64,000 nt of DNA. It comes from Candidatus Methanomethylicia archaeon. GTDB lineage: Archaea; Thermoproteota; Methanomethylicia; CALHIW01. Below the pieces are notes generated by a model. It was not told the origin of the DNA. It worked only from the letters and a program-made list of their open reading frames with translations, and searched no databases. This document shows, piece after piece, positions 61,669-64,000 of this stretch; position 1 is the stretch's first letter, and each line of letters starts with the position of its first letter. A program made the position numbers and the translations under genes. The DNA lies in contig JAWBQF010000002.1 in assembly GCA_038845975.1 (NCBI GenBank), positions 64,001 to 128,000 on the forward strand. Direction: 5' to 3'.

Positions 61669-62462
61669 CCACCTTCACCTGTGTAGTTGCCATCTGATCC
61701 GAGCCACCAGGTCTGCATGTATTTACTTGAATCAACGGTTATGTATGGATTATACTGATCTATATAGTCATTATAGGCTACATTATTATCTTCAGCTATA
61801 ATACGTACAACATTATTTTTATGAGCATCGTCGTTTGCAATAAAGGTTTTTATGAATGCCCATCTAACACTATCCTTTGGGTATGGGTAAACGCCTGTAA
61901 GTCTTTTGGCGAGTGTTCTACAATCTATTGATGTAACATTGGTTACTTCGCTTTTAAATGATAGTATCATGTGGGCTCCGTTTAGAGCCCATTTCCAGTA
62001 TCCAATAGCTGTATCTCTAAGTATACCGCACTGTACTATGAATGTGAATATTGATTTTCCTTGGTATGTTTTGTAGCCGAGATATACCTCGTCAGCCCAT
62101 GCATTCCCATTAGGAGCAAAACCTATAGATGTCTTTCCCCCTAAGACAGAGCCTGCATGACCAAGTATTAGTGATGCTTCATAGTAGTCAGCATATAAGT
62201 GGTCTAATCCACCCTCATACGTATCTATCCACATGTATGGGTATGGATTATATGTTGAGAAACCCTCACTATAACCACTAGCATACTGCCTAATTATAGA
62301 TACAAAACCGCTTACATCATAATACCACTGAGTATTATTCTCATAAAGCTCCCTAGTACAAGCACCCATTACGCCTCTTGCATGAAGTTCCATACAGCAA
62401 AGTGATGAAGTAAGGAAAGACAATACAAACAATACAGTAAATAACTTAACCTGCCTCTTCAT
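61659..62462 (-). CDS. Secreted DUF6345-like protein
   Basis: Signal peptide; YAD.....ILGHAG, FIVQCGIL and W..AL.GAHMIL.F pattern. Confidence 0.65.
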   Translation of the reverse strand: MKRQVKLFTVLFVLSFLTSSLCCMELHARGVMGACTRELYENNTQWYYDVSGFVSIIRQYASGYSEGFSTYNPYPYMWIDTYEGGLDHLYADYYEASLILGHAGSVLGGKTSIGFAPNGNAWADEVYLGYKTYQGKSIFTFIVQCGILRDTAIGYWKWALNGAHMILSFKSEVTNVTSIDCRTLAKRLTGVYPYPKDSVRWAFIKTFIANDDAHKNNVVRIIAEDNNVAYNDYIDQYNPYITVDSSKYMQTWWLGSDGNYTGEGGWI

Positions 62463-62579
62463 ACTACTATAAATTATTCCTTACTCGAATTTATATTTTT
62501 TGAAAAAAAAAATTCCAATAGGAATCATACATTAATAAGATATATGGGTTGTTTTAAGATGTTTACGGCTTACTCTTTA

Positions 62580-63275
62580 GATACTGTTACTTTTAGATTT
62601 TTGAGGGGCTTTGAGAAGTTATTCTTTGGAGGTGATATTAATAGATAAGCTTCTCAAAGCCCTAAGAGATAAAGGAGTTTTCAGATAAGGTTTCGCTTAA
62701 AAGAAGCTAGGGCATGTATTCCCTACATGGCTTAGCTATAGGGATATTGCTACGTCTGTCTGGTTGTTGATGTGGGCCATGTATCAATATGGCGTTGGGT
62801 TCAAAAGATTGAAAGCGTAAGAATTGATGTGAATCCAATAGAGGGATGGTAGCTATTGATGAGACGAAGCTGAGGAGGCTGGGCATCATTTCTACGTATG
62901 GGCTGCAATAGACGTTAAGACCAAAGAACTCCTAGCCATAAGGGCTTCATGGCGGAGAAGCATACTGGATGCGGATCTTTTCCTGAAGCAAGTCCTTAAG
63001 GCATTAATAAGCTTCTAATCCTAGTAGGGGCCTTGGTATCAGGCATTGTATAACCATGGTCTAAGATGGAGGCATCAATCCTTCGCTAGGAATACTATAG
63101 AGTGATGGTTTCGAACACTTAAGGATCGAACAAAGATTCTACACAACTTCAGACAAGAAACTCATAAAGATCAACCTATTCCTAAACTTCTTCATACTCT
63201 GGTATAACTGGATAAGACCTCATCAAACCATAGGAAAACCACCAGCAATAACATAAACCTAAAAGTAACAGTATC
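62580..63275 (+). mobile_element. IS6-family insertion sequence with pseudogenised transposase
   Basis: Perfect 17-bp TIRs GATACTGTTACTTTTAG and a 9-bp flanking direct repeat TACTCTTTA. Transposase fragments VAIDETKL, YVWAAIDVKTKELLA, GPWY and IE*WFRTLKDRTK. Confidence 0.92.
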
Positions 63276-63522
63276 TACTCTTTAAGTTTTTCAATATGCT
63301 TTAATTTATGGATTAGGAAGTTGTTAATGAAGGGGTTATTAAGTAAGTTTCTTTAAGCCTTGAGTTTGCTAATGGTTACAGTATTGAGTTTGAATTTATT
63401 ATGGTATGATGTTTAACGATAATATTGATGTAATCTTTTATTATTCTAGGTTTTCCCATTGAATTTTGTAAAGAAATATTTATGATGTTAAGTCATTGAT
63501 TATGGAGTAGTATTAGTAGTAT

Positions 63523-63999
63523 TTAATGTAGTAGGTCTAGTATATGTTTTAATGTTTTTCTAGAATCCTCAATATTATAGTTTTCCGCTGTAATCCATCC
63601 TTTAAACTCTCTAAACAAATCCTTTAGTAGGTTTTGCGGAGCTTTACCTGAGCCCAATGGATTATGTGTGTCTTTAACTCCATCATTATCATGTACATGT
63701 AGATGAATTATCTTATCTCTAAGCTTATAAATAATATCTGTAAGAGAGTTTGAAATTATGGCATGACCAATATCTAAGCATAAACCGACGTTATCTAGGT
63801 TTAAACTATTAACTATACGTAATCCATCATCACTATTTCTAAATAGATCAGTTCTACCTGAACCGTTTTCAACAGCTATGTTTAAGCCATGTTTATAAGC
63901 ATATCTAGCAATATGATTAAGAGATTTTATAAGAGAATTCCATGCAAGCTCGGGGTAGAAGTAGGTTAGAGATGTTAAGCTTCCAGAATGCAGAATGTA
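63523..63999 (-). CDS. Sugar-phosphate isomerase/epimerase (AP endonuclease 2 TIM barrel), 5' end outside the window
   Basis: Open frame from the window edge with IAVEN, LCLDIGHA, HLHVHDNDG..D.H.PLG.G and ITAE. Confidence 0.88.
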   Translation of the reverse strand, partial: YILHSGSLTSLTYFYPELAWNSLIKSLNHIARYAYKHGLNIAVENGSGRTDLFRNSDDGLRIVNSLNLDNVGLCLDIGHAIISNSLTDIIYKLRDKIIHLHVHDNDGVKDTHNPLGSGKAPQNLLKDLFREFKGWITAENYNIEDSRKTLKHILDLLH

Positions 64000-64000
64000 A

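Noticed and set aside
62675-62690. GAGTTTTCAGATAAGG resembling the right TIR of the 90-bp MITE
   Set aside because: It lies inside the IS6 transposase N-terminal reading frame (KGVFR), and no matching left end or MITE body is present.
1-64000. tRNA, rRNA or structured ncRNA genes
   Set aside because: No GC-rich cloverleaf or rRNA-like stretch was seen by eye. Small C/D-box sRNAs cannot be excluded without a covariance search.

Overview
AT-rich archaeal chromosome segment. The housekeeping genes (ValRS, TruD, ThiL, Dcd, HDAC) and the BRE/TATA promoters look Thermoproteota/TACK-like; this is an inference. The left end holds a complete, compact mtr operon (mtrE-D-C-B-A*-x-G-H) followed by methanogenesis marker 14 and a convergent NifB-like radical SAM gene, which points to a methane-cycling archaeon, although no mcr is in the window. 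The most striking observation is an apparent stalk swap in Mtr: the MtrA corrinoid domain is fused to an MtrF-type helix, and the small gene in the mtrF position encodes what looks like a free MtrA C-terminal helix. Next to mtr lie an HdrD/GlcF-like Fe-S protein and a five-gene amine/amino-acid redox operon. A nitrogen-heterocycle scavenging island follows (creatininase, hydantoinase A/B, racemase-like protein, amidohydrolase, two Na+/solute symporters with small partner proteins, and a split ABC transporter). The rest is housekeeping genes, toxin-antitoxin pairs, surface proteins and pseudogenes, with many decayed IS6-family elements and MITEs in the long spacers. No rRNA, tRNA or CRISPR array was seen. 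Family assignments come from motif recognition and recalled reference sequences, not database searches.
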